Source: Macrostomum lignano
Lineage: Eukaryota
Reading direction: 5' to 3'
NCBI GenBank assembly: GCA_002269645.1
Contig: NIVC01000022.1
Location: forward strand, 434,001 to 498,000
Length of the DNA: 64,000 nt
Part shown: piece after piece, positions 1 through 11,235 of the stretch
Layout of the letters: each line of letters opens with the position of its first letter
Position numbering within the stretch: position 1 is the first letter of the stretch
Program-made: the position numbers and the translations under genes
Notes under the pieces: model-generated
Told to the model about the DNA's origin: nothing
Databases searched by the model: none
Seen by the model: the letters and a program-made list of their open reading frames with translations, nothing else

Positions 1-931
1 TAAAAGAGTAATAAATTTTAAATTTGTTGACTTGAGAGCATTAACGAGTACCTATTATCAATTTATAAATATTTCTTTTCTTGTTTTGTTATTTTCAAAA
101 CTTGTAACTTACAAGCTCAAAATACATGTATGCAGTTATAAATTCACAATCACGATCACGCCCAACTTTGAAAATTTCACAAAATTTCATGCCCAACCAA
201 AATTTTCTACTCGTCCGACCTCTAGTGAATATATCTACTTTTCTTATAGTCAGCATTTAATGATCTCTATAGGTTTATGGTTTATGTGTCTGAATATTCT
301 GAGACAATTCAAAATGATCTGCATAGAAAGAAAACCATATAATTAGTTTAATTTCTTTTCCTACATATACTAATCTATTGATGGAAATTTTCAAATATGA
401 ACAAAGCATGAATCTTAACAAAATAACTATAAGCTAATATTATTAAGCACCTTCTGCCACTAAAATGACTATAATTATAAATTCTTTAATTTTAAAAGCA
501 ACTTGTCACCAAAATGACTATTTGTCACCAAAACATCTGTCACCAAAATGACTTGTTACTAAAACAACTAGTACTCGGATAAAATGACTCACTACATAAA
601 CAAAGTCTTCAAGGAAGAAGTAATATTTGTTTTTTACAAGTATATTAGTTTTGCAATAGTTTTTACTATTAAATGAAAAATTAAAATGTTAAAAAAGTTA
701 TTACTATAAAATTCTTAGAAATTATAATTGTAAACATTTATGATTTAGTATTTGCATATTCACTCAAAATAGACTATATAGTTATAAAAAAAAGAATAAT
801 AAAATGTGAAGACCTCACTGGCTTATGCCAATATATTTATTGCCAAATTTGGGGTGGGTTCACAGTATTTCATAGTAGGCCTAAAATAAAAAAATAATTA
901 ATTAAAAGTAGTTAATACAAGTCAAAAGAAC

Positions 932-1522
932 TTACCCAAATGATACATAATTTAATGTTAGTATATTTTTGTTCCATACTTTGCAAAAATTTAAAGTTTG
1001 TTTATCATTATGTAAGTTATTACATTCTGTGTATTGATAAAGCTGCTGATTGCAAATTGTATTTATAGCCAAGCTATTGCCATTGGCATTATAATTTAAT
1101 ATCCTTTTAACATTCATACTTTTACATAGATCATTTGTAGACATATAGCATTTTGAATGCTCTAAAGGCAAATTTATAGTACAGCATAGTGGCTTATTAA
1201 TAAGGTGACGAAACTGCTGTTTAACATCTTTAAAACATGACTCATTTCTTTTTATGTAAGATCCATTTTCAACCATTACACAAGAATATAGCTGGTGAAA
1301 CATAATTGAAACATGCACATTACTATTCCATGCTTTGATCATATCGGATGAAATTAGATTTTGTTGACAATATGAATAGTCATTCTTAGGTTCAAAAGAT
1401 TCCATCGAAACCGGAAAATCCATAATATGGGGCGAGTAAACACAAATTGAAGTTCGACACAAACATTCTTCACACACAAAGTACAGAATGCTAATTATGA
1501 GAATAATTTTCGTTGAATACAT
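932..1522 (-). CDS. Putative secreted cysteine-rich protein (196 aa, possibly the first exon of a gene continuing leftwards)
   Basis: ATG-initiated 591-nt ORF in very AT-rich DNA. It has a hydrophobic N-terminus (MYSTKIILIISILYFVCEECLC) and 14 Cys. The ORF ends at TTTGG|GTAAGT, a perfect donor site. No family recognised. Confidence 0.4.
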   Translation of the reverse strand: MYSTKIILIISILYFVCEECLCRTSICVYSPHIMDFPVSMESFEPKNDYSYCQQNLISSDMIKAWNSNVHVSIMFHQLYSCVMVENGSYIKRNESCFKDVKQQFRHLINKPLCCTINLPLEHSKCYMSTNDLCKSMNVKRILNYNANGNSLAINTICNQQLYQYTECNNLHNDKQTLNFCKVWNKNILTLNYVSFG

Positions 1523-1968
1523 AGGTACTAATTATATAATATTATAAATTAAACACATAAATAATCGTAAATTAGGATATTATAGGATATCGGAATGATG
1601 TAAAAGCCTTACCACTCGCTGCACCTGCCTGTGTTCCCTTTAGAAAGTGTTGTTCTAAGAAACTAAGCAAGTTAAAATAGTAAAAATAAAAACAAAACAA
1701 TTTGATATAAAAAGTTTAGCTGAGATATATATTTATTTAAAAATTATTATTTTTTAAATTGATTTTTAAGTGTCATGAATTTTTTAATTTAACTTCTTAT
1801 GGCAATATTCGCATTTTTAACTCTATAATTTATTAGAAATGAACTAAAAAGCGCTCACTATTGAATTAGAAGCAGCCAATTCAGTGAAAATCACGACATC
1901 GTGCCTTTATAACTTGCTGGTAATGATGCTTACTGATGTTATTGATGCTTGATTATGTATGCTTCTGT

Positions 1969-2344
1969 TTTTTTTTATTAGAGGCAGGGGGTTGTGTGCA
2001 CCCTGGCGCACTTTAAGCGACATAGGCACACGACACAACCGGCGAGAGGCATTACTGCCCATTCCGCCGACTCCCCTGAGCAGGCATACAAGCGCGCGGA
2101 TACGTACACAGGCACACACTCACACAGGAGTGTACAGCGGCCCTAACTAAATATTATCGTTAGGCATGTACACTTCACTGCGCCTTAGGGGGGTTAAGTT
2201 GGCTCTCAAGGCCGTTAATTGCACGAGCAGAGCCAAGCCGAGATTCCAATTCAGCCCCAAATTAATGTGACTGCAACTTGGAATCGAGCCTGGGTCGCTG
2301 GCACACCAGAGCAGCTGCGCTACCACTGGGCTATGGCCCCCCTA
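1969..2344 (-). mobile_element. tRNA-derived SINE, full length, with poly(A) tail and TSD
   Basis: Minus strand begins GGGGCCATAGCCCAGTGG (A box) ... GGCTCGATTCC (B box) and ends in AATAAAAAAAAA. It is flanked by the direct repeat TATGCTTCTGT at 1958-1968 and 2345-2355. Confidence 0.8.
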
Positions 2345-2709
2345 TATGCTTCTGTAATTGAATTTTGATTTTACACAATAATAAATAGGCGTATTTTATT
2401 TTCCTAGCTGTAGGCTCACTATGCTGTAGCGTGTTGTATAGAAGCCTTTTCATATTGCTTGTTCTGGTTCCTTTAAGTATATAACTAGCAATCTACGCCC
2501 CCCGTTGGGGAGCCAAAGAAATGCAATACACGTTTTTTTAATATGCTACATGTATCCTTGAAATCTTAAAAAATCTCCTGTCAAACCTTGTAAGCCTTGA
2601 CATGTCAGTAATTCCCCCCACAAGCTTTAACATATCAACTCCCCCCCCCCTGACATCTCAGCAATGCCCCCAATAAGCCTTGAAAATCTAAAAATATCTG
2701 TCAACCTTC

Positions 2710-2794
2710 TAACCCTAATCAAAACCTAACCCTAACTCTAACCCTAGCCTAACCCTAGCCCTAACCCTAACCCTAACCCTAACCCTAACCCTAA
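2710..2794 (+). repeat. Interstitial telomere-type (CCCTAA)n tract
   Basis: Degenerate then perfect CCCTAA hexamers; a more decayed copy lies at ~3172-3215. Confidence 0.85.
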
Positions 2795-3699
2795 AGCATT
2801 GAAATTTCAGTAATTCTCTCTAAGAGTCATTATAGCACTACTACAGCATTATTGCGATTCCCTGCAAGCCTCGACATCGTAGGGATTCCCAAATGAATCT
2901 CTTAACTTCGACATGAAGCTTCTTTTATTTTTTACATTACGCTTTTTTTATCAGCGATCCCTCCCCTGAGGAGGCATCAAATAATGTAATAAAAAGTTTT
3001 CAATAAACTACATGTAGCTTCTGGCTTTAGCCTTGAAATCTCATTTATACCCCAGTGAGCCTTGACATCTCAGCTATTCCCCCCCGTAAGCCTAGACATG
3101 TCAGCGATGGCCCCCATAAACCTTGAAATCTAAAAAATCCCCTGTTAACCTTGAAACCCGATAAAATATAACCCTCAACCCACACCTGACCTAAACCTAA
3201 CTTTAACCCAACCTAAAGCCTTGAAATCTCAGCAATTCTTCTCCCCTAAGCCTTGACATTTTAGTGATTCCTTCTTTAAGAATCACTAGCACTATAACGA
3301 TTTCCACCAAGCTTTGACATCGTAGCAATTCCCAAATGAATCTTTTAACTTCGACATGACCTTTCTTTTATGTATACTTAGTGCTACTTTTATTTTTTAC
3401 ATGACTCTTCTTCTATCAGCGCCTCCCCCCGTGGCGAGCCAACAAAGAATGCAATAAAAAATTGAGTAAAGTACATGAACTTTGAAGTAGCTTCTGACTT
3501 TTGCTTTGACATCTCAGAACCACCCCCCCCGTAATCTCAGTTATTCTCTGAGAGCCTTTACGTCTCAGTTTTTCTCCCCAGCACAGCATTATAACTGCAT
3601 TTAATTTTTACATGACACCTTCATGTCTGACATGACGCTTCTTTTATTCTACCATGATGCTTCTTAATTTTTTAAATGACACTTTCATTATAGTCTTTA

Positions 3700-6085
3700 A
3701 ATGAGGCTTCTATGATTTTTCCTGACGCTTCTATGATTTTTACATGATGCTTCTATGATTTTTTATATGACGCTTCTATGATTGTTTATATGACGCTTCT
3801 ATGCTTTTTACATGACGCTTCTATGATTGTTTGCATGACGCTTCTATGATTGTTTATATGACGCTTCTATGCTTTTTACATGACGCTTCTATGATTTTTT
3901 ACATGACGCTTCTATGATTGTCTACATGACGCTTCTATGCTTTTTCCATGACGCTTCTATGATTGTTTACATGACGCTTCTATGCTTTTTAGATGACGCT
4001 TCTATGATTGTTTATATGACGCTTCTATGATTGTTTACATGACGCTTCTATGATTTTTTACATGACGCTACTATGATTTTTACATGACGCTTCTATGATT
4101 TTTTATATGACGCTTCTATGATTGTTTATATGACGTTTCTATGCTTTTTATATGACGCTTCTTCAATTTTTTACATGACGCTTCTATGATTTTTTACATA
4201 ACGCTTTTTTATGATTGTTTACACGATGCTTCTATGATTTTTTACATAACGCTTTTTTATGATTGTTTACACGACGCTTCTATGATTGTTTACATGACGC
4301 TTCTATGATTTTTTCATGACGCTTCTATGATTGTTTACATGACGCTTCTATGATTGTTTACATGACGCTTCTATGGCTTTTACATGACGCTTATATTTTT
4401 ACATGACGCTTCTATGATTGTTTACATGACGCTTCTATGATTGTTTACATGACGCTTCCATGATGTTTATATGACGCTTCTATGATTTTTTACATGACGC
4501 TTCTATGATTGTTTACATGACGCTTCTATGATGTTTATATGACGCTTCTATGATTTTTTACATGACGCTTCTATGCTTTTTATATGACGCTTCTATGATT
4601 GTTTATATGACGTTTCTATAGTTTTTACATGACGCTTATATTTTTTACATGACGCTTCTATGATTGTTTACATGACGCTTCTATGATTTTTTTCATGACG
4701 CTTTTATGGTTTTTTACATGACGCTTCTATGATTGTTTACATGACGCTTCTATGGTTTTTACATGGCGCTTATATTTTTACATGACGCTTCTATGATTTT
4801 TTAAATGACGCTTCTATGATTTTTTACATGACGCTTCTATGATTGATTGATTGTTTACATGACGCTTCTATGATTTTTTACATGACGCTTTTATGATTGT
4901 TTACATGACGCTTCTATGATGTTTACATGACGCTTCTATGATTTTTTACATGACGCTTCTATGATTGTTTACATGACGCTTCTATGATTGTTTACACGAA
5001 GTTTCTATGATGGTTTACATGATGCTTCTATGATTGTTTACATGACGCTTCTATGATTGTTTACATGACGCTTCTATGATTTTTTCATGACACTTCTATG
5101 ATTTTTTACATGACGCTTCTATGATTGTTTACATGACGCTTCTATGATTGTTTACATGACGCTTCTATGATTGTTTATATGACGCTTCTATAATTTTTAC
5201 ATGACGCTTCTAAGATTTTTTACATGACGCTTCTATGATTGTTTATATGACGCGTCAATGAATTTTTACATGACGCTTCTATGCTTTTTACATGACGCTT
5301 CTATGATTATTTCATGACGCTTCTACGATTTCTGCAGGACGCTTCTATGATTTTTACATGACGCTTCTATGATTGTTTACATGACGCTTCTATGATTGTT
5401 TATATGACGCTTCTGTAATTTTTACATGACGCTTTTAAGATTTTTTACATGACGCATCTATGATTGTTTATATGACGCTTCTATAATTTTTACATGACGC
5501 TTCTAAGATTTTTTACATGACGCTTCTATGATTTTTTACATGACGCTTCTATGATTTTTTACATGACGCTTCTATGATTGTTTACATGACGCTTCTATGA
5601 TTGTTTACATGACGCTTCTAAGATTTTTTACATGACGCTTCTATGATTTTTTACATAACGCTTTTATGATTTTTTACATGACGCTTCTATGATTGTTTAC
5701 ATGACGCTTCTATGATTGTTTACATGACGCTTCTATGATTTTTTACATGACGCTTCTATGATTTTTACATGACGCTTCTATGACTGTTTACATGACGCTT
5801 CTATGATTTTTACATAACGCTTTTATGATTTTTTACATGACGCTTCTAGGATTGTTTACATGACGCTTCTATGATTGTTTACATGACGCTTCTATGATTG
5901 TTTACATGACGCTTGTATGATTTTTACATGACGCTTCTATGATTGTTTACATGACGCTTCTATGATTTTTACATAACGCTTTTATGATTGTTTACATTAC
6001 GCTTCTATGATTTTTACATAACGCTTTTATGATTTTTTACATGACGCTTCTATGATTTTTTACATGACGCTTCCATGATTTTTTT
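3700..6085. repeat. 22-23-bp minisatellite (ACATGACGCTTCTATGATTGTTT)n
   Basis: About 100 tandem units read directly. Confidence 0.95.
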
Positions 6086-6802
6086 GTTTTTTTGGCGTTA
6101 AAAAACTTTAATTAAAAAAACTCTCTAAAAATTTGAACCATCGTCCCTGCATTTAGCAGTCAGTCTGTTTACCTCTAGGCTAGCTCTCATCGTTTTGATA
6201 ACATGAATTTTAGCACTTCTATAATATAATTATAAGTTTCAAAACTCCAAGCATAGAGTAAATCACACGAAGCAGTTATGACATAATCATATGGTTACGC
6301 AATTTAAATCAAGTCTGGTGCTACGCTTCCACACTGCATTTTCAATTCAAGTCGGAGTTACAATTCAGTTATGATGCAATCTATTTCAGAATCAGAATCA
6401 ACCAGTCAGTTTTTTCTCTAGCATTCTTACAATGCATTTCAAGTCGAAAAGTTTGCTTGACCTTTGCAAAAAAGCATGTTTTTCGAATATTTTATGCCTT
6501 TAGCATTGAGCAATTTCTTAGCCACGATGCATGTACCGTCACAGGAAAATTTCTGATCGAACAGTGCAAGTCTCATGAAAATCGGTCCAGCCATTTTTTC
6601 TCTAATCGATTGCGTACAAACAAACAAACAAGCAAGATTTTCATTTTTAGTATATTGGACTAGCAATCTTCGCCCCCCGTTGGGGGACGTCTGTATAGAA
6701 CCTCTGTTCTCTACAAGTAACAAAAAGATAGCCAAAAAAAGCCTTCACAAAGAAAACAGACAAAATACTCAAAGGAAGTGCAATGCAAAAAGAAATCATC
6801 CC

Positions 6803-7212
6803 AAGACAGCAAGCATTCCCCAGATAGCAAGCATCCTCCAGAGTGCAAGCAACCCCCGGATAGCAAGCATCCCCCAGATAGCAAGCATCCCCCAGATAGC
6901 AAGCATCCCCTAGATAGCAACCATCCCCCAGATAGCAAGCATCCCCCAGATAGCAAGCATCCCTCAGATAGCAAGCATCCCTCAGATAGCAAGCATCCCC
7001 CAGATAGCAAGCATCCCCCAGATAGCAAGCATCCCCAAGATAGCAAGCATCCCCCAGATAGCAAGCATCCCCCAGATAGCAAGCATCCCCAGATAGCAAG
7101 CATCCCCCAGATAGCAAGCATCCCCAAGATAGCAAGCATCCCCCAGATAGCAAGCATCCCCCAGATAGAAAGCATCCCTCAGATAGCAAGCATCCCCAAA
7201 TAGCAAGCATTC
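6803..7212. repeat. 17-18-bp minisatellite (CAGATAGCAAGCATCCCC)n
   Basis: Tandem units; source of the spurious PDSKHP/GDACYL ORFs. Confidence 0.95.
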
Positions 7213-7299
7213 ACCAGACAATAAGTAGCTAGTGCGACAATTTCCTTAGCATTATAGTGGCTCCTTTAAAATTCGCTTACTTTCACGTTTGAAATTGTG

Positions 7300-10200
7300 T
7301 AAATTTTATGTTCGACATGGTGGCTCTTTTATGCTTGACATGGTGGCTCTTTTATGTTCGACATGGTGGCTCTTTTATGTTTGACATGGTGGCTCTTAAA
7401 TGTTTGACATGGTGGCTCTTTAATGTTCGACATGGTGGCTCTTTATTGTTTAACATGGTGGCTCTTTAATGTTTGACATGGTGGCTCTTTAATGTTTGAC
7501 ATGGTGGCTCTTTAATGTTCGACATATGGTGTCTCATTTATGTTTGACATGGTGGCTCTTTAATGTTTGACATTGAGTCACGTATATGTTTCACATGATG
7601 ACTCTTTTATGTTTGACATGATGGCTATTTTATGTTTGACATGGTAGCTCTTTTATATTTTACTTGGTGGCATTTCTATGTTTGACATGGTGGCTCTTTT
7701 ATGTTTGACATGGTGGCACTTTAATGTTTGACATAAAGTCACTTATATGTTCGAAATGGTGGCTCTTTAATATTTTACATTGTGGCTCTTAAGTGTTCGA
7801 CATGGTGGCTCTTTTAGGTTTAACATGGTGGCTCTTTTAGGTTTAACATGGTGGCTCTTTTAGGTTTAACATGGTGGCTCTTTTAGGTTTAACATGGTGG
7901 CTCTTAAATATTTGACATAAAGTCACTTATATGGTTGACATGGTGGCTCTTTTATATTCTACATTTTGGCTCTTAAATTTTCGACATGGTGGCTCTTTTA
8001 GGTTTGACATGGTGGCTCTTTTATGCTTGATATCGTGGCTTTTTAATGTTTAACATGGTGACTTTTAATGTTAGACATGGTGGCTCTTTAATGTTCGACA
8101 TGGTGGCTCTTTAATGTTTGACATAAAGTCACTTATATGTTCGAAATGGTGGCTCTTTAATATTTTACATTGTGGCTCTTAAGTGTTTGACATGGTGGCT
8201 CTTTTAGGTTTAACATGGTGGCTCTTTTAGGTTTAACATGGTGGCTCTTTTAGGTTTAACATGGTGGCTCTTAAATATTTGACATAAAGTCACTTATATG
8301 GTTGACATGGTGGCTCTTTTATATTCTACATTTTGGCTCTTAAATTTTCGACATGGTGGCTCTTTTAGGTTTGACATGGTGGCTCTTTTATGCTTGATAT
8401 CGTGGCTCCTTAATGTTTAACATGGTGACTTTTAATGTTAGACATGGTGGCTCTTTAATGTTCGACATGGTGGCTCTTTAATGTTTGACATAAAGTCACT
8501 TATATGTTCGAAATGGTGGCTCTTTAATATTTTACATTGTGGCTCTTAAGTGTTTGACATGGTGGCTCTTTTAGGTTTAACATGGTGGCTCTTTTAGGTT
8601 TAACATGGTGGCTCTTTTAGGTTTAACATGGTGGCTCTTTTAGGTTTAACATGGTGGCTCTTAAATATTTGACATAAAGTCACTTATATGGTTGACATGG
8701 TGGCTCTTTTATATTCTACATTTTGGCTCTTAAATTTTCGACATGGTGGCTCTTTTAGGTTTGACATGGTGGCTCTTTTATGCTTGATATCGTGGCTCTT
8801 TAATGTTTAACATGGTGACTTTTAATGTTAGACATGGTGGCTCTTTAATGTTCGACATGGTGGCTCTTTGATATTCGACAGGGTGGCTCTTTAATGTTCG
8901 ACATGGTGGCTCTTTAAAGTTCGACATGGTGGCTCTTTAATGTTTGACATCGTAGCTCTGTTATGTTCGAAATTGTGGCTCTTTAATGTTTGACATAAAG
9001 TCACATATATGTTTGACATGGTGGCTCCTAAATGTTTGATATGGTGGCTCTTTTATGTTCGAAATGGTGGCTCTTTTATGTTCGACATGGTGGCTCTTTA
9101 ATGTTCGAAATGGTGGCTCTTTAATGTACGACATAATGGCTCTTTAATGTTTGACAATGTGGCTTTTGAATGTTTGACATGGTGGCTCTTTAATGTTTGA
9201 AATGGTAGCTCTTTCATGTTTGACATGGTGGCTCTTTAATGTTCGAAATAGTGGCTCTTTAATGTTCGAAATGGTGGCTCTTTAATGTTTGACAAAAAGT
9301 CACATATATGTTTGACATGGTGGCTCTTAAATGTTTGACATGGTGGCTCTTTATGTTTGACATGTTGGCTCTTTTATGTTTGACATGTTGGCTCTTTTAT
9401 GTTTGACATGGTGGCTCTTTAGTGTTCGAAAAAGTGGCTCCTAAATGTTTGACATAGTGGCTCTTTGATGTTCGAAATAGTGGCTCTTTTATGGTCGACA
9501 TGGTGGCTCTTTAATGTTCGAAATGGTGGCTCTTTAATGTTCGAAATAGTGGCTCTTTTATGTTCGACATGGTGGCTCTTTAATGTTCGAAATGGTGGCT
9601 GTTTAATGTTCGAAATGGTGGCTCTTTTATGTTTGACATAAAGTCACTTATATGTTTTACATGGTGCCTCTTAAATATTAGACATGGTGGCTCGTTTAGG
9701 TTTGACATGGTGGCTCTTTTATGTTTGAAATGGTAGCTCTTTCATGTTTGACATGGTGGCTCTTTAATGTTTGACATAGTGGCTCTTTAATGTTCGAAAT
9801 GGTGGCTCTTTAATGTTTAACACAAAGTCACATATATGTTTGACATGGTGGCTCTTAAATGTTTGACATGGTGGCTCTTTATGTTTGACATGTTGGCTCT
9901 TTTATGTTTGACATGTTGGCTCTTTTATGTTTGACATGGTGGCTCTTTAGTGTTCGAAAAAGTGGCTCCTAAATGTTTGACATGGTGGCTCTTTGATGTT
10001 CGAAATAGTGGCTCTTTTATGGTCGACATGGTGGCTCTTTAATGTTCGAAATAGTGGCTCTTTTATGTTCGACATGGTGGCTCTTTAATGTTCGAAATAG
10101 TGGCTCTTTAATGTTCGAAATGGTGGCTCTGTAATGTTTGACACAAAGTCACATATATGTTTGACATGGTGGCTCTTAAATGTTTGACATGGTGGCTCTT

Positions 10201-10640
10201 TATGTTTGACATGTTGGCTCTTTTATGTTTGACATGTTGGCTCTTTTATGTTTGACATGGTGGCTCTTTAGTGTTCGAAAAAGTGGCTCCTAAATGTTTG
10301 ACATAGTGGCTCTTTGATGTTCGAAATAGTGGCTCTTTTATGGTCGACATGGTGGCTCTTTAATGTTCGAAATGGTGGCTCTTTAATGTTCGAAATAGTG
10401 GCTCTTTTATGTTCGACATGGTGGCTCTTTAATGTTCGAAATGGTGGCTGTTTAATGTTCGAAATGGTGGCTCTTTTATGTTTGACATAAAGTCACTTAT
10501 ATGTTTTACATGGTGCCTCTTAAATATTAGACATGGTGGCTCGTTTAGGTTTGACATGGTGGCTCTTTTATGTTTGACATGTTGGCTCTTTAATGTTCGA
10601 CATGGTGGCTCTTCTATGTTTCACATTGCGCTTCTTTTAT
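7300..10640. repeat. 23-bp minisatellite (GACATGGTGGCTCTTTAATGTTT)n with higher-order structure
   Basis: Tandem units. The variant unit ACATAAAGTCACTTATATGTTCG recurs at 7734, 8124 and 8491. Confidence 0.95.
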
Positions 10641-10690
10641 GTTTAGTAGTTTTGTGTTTTTTAGGTGTTTTAATAAAAAAAATCTTTTTT

Positions 10691-10757
10691 GCACTACTAA
10701 GATTCGAACCCAGGTCGCTACATTAGCAGTCCAGTCTGTTCGCATCTTGGCTATCTC
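10691..10757 (-). other. tRNA-like (A/B box) module inside Helitron-like unit 2
   Basis: Minus strand reads GATAGCCAAGATG...GGGTTCGAATC; no complete cloverleaf. A decayed homologue lies at ~6125-6190. Confidence 0.45.
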
Positions 10758-11235
10758 TTTTCAATTGGAGAACATGAATTGTGGCCCTTATAATTCAATT
10801 CTTACAGCAAGTCAATTGGAGTAAAAAGTTATGACATAATCAATTTCTCAGTCAGCCAGTATCAGTCTCAGTTCAAGTTAGCAATATTGGTTACGCAATT
10901 TTAATCAAGTCGTGTGTGCATTTCTTCGGCACTGTTTTCAACTTGTTGTGATGCAATCTTTATCAGAATTGAAATTCAGTCAGTCATTTTTTCTCTAGCA
11001 TTCTTACAATGCATTTCAGGTCGAAAGAGCTGCTTGACCTTTGCAAAAAAGCATGTTTTTCGAATATTTAATCCCTTTAACATTGAGCAATTTCTTAGCC
11101 AAGATGCATGTACCGTCCCAGGAAAATTTCTGATCGAATGGTGCAAGTTTGAAGAAAATCGGTTGAGCCAATTTTTCTGAAATCTATCGCATACCCACAT
11201 ACCCACATACAGACAACTCATTTTTAGTATATAGG

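Larger units (their letters stand above)
2484..6658 (+). mobile_element. Non-autonomous Helitron/Helentron-like unit 1 (minisatellite-expanded)
   Basis: Starts ACTAGCAAT..GCCCCCCGTTGGGG. Ends with AAAATCGGTCCAGCC..(CAAA)n..TTTTAGTATATTGG, resembling the 3' end of insect Lep1/DINE-type rolling-circle elements. The ~550-bp 3' module is homologous to 10660-11235. Confidence 0.5.
6659..11235 (+). mobile_element. Non-autonomous Helitron/Helentron-like unit 2
   Basis: Begins ACTAGCAATCTTCGCCCCCCGTTGGGG directly after the 3' end of unit 1. Ends AAAATCGGTTGAGCC..ACATACAGAC..TTTTAGTATATAGG. Confidence 0.5.

Noticed and set aside
6647-7221. PDSKHP/GDACYL repeat ORFs resembling repetitive structural proteins
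   Set aside because: Products of an 18/17-bp minisatellite, open in several frames on both strands.
3700-10640. CRISPR-like appearance of the 23-bp arrays (also 26447-27141 and 58688-59866)
   Set aside because: Contiguous tandem units with no unique spacers, no cas genes, and a eukaryotic context.
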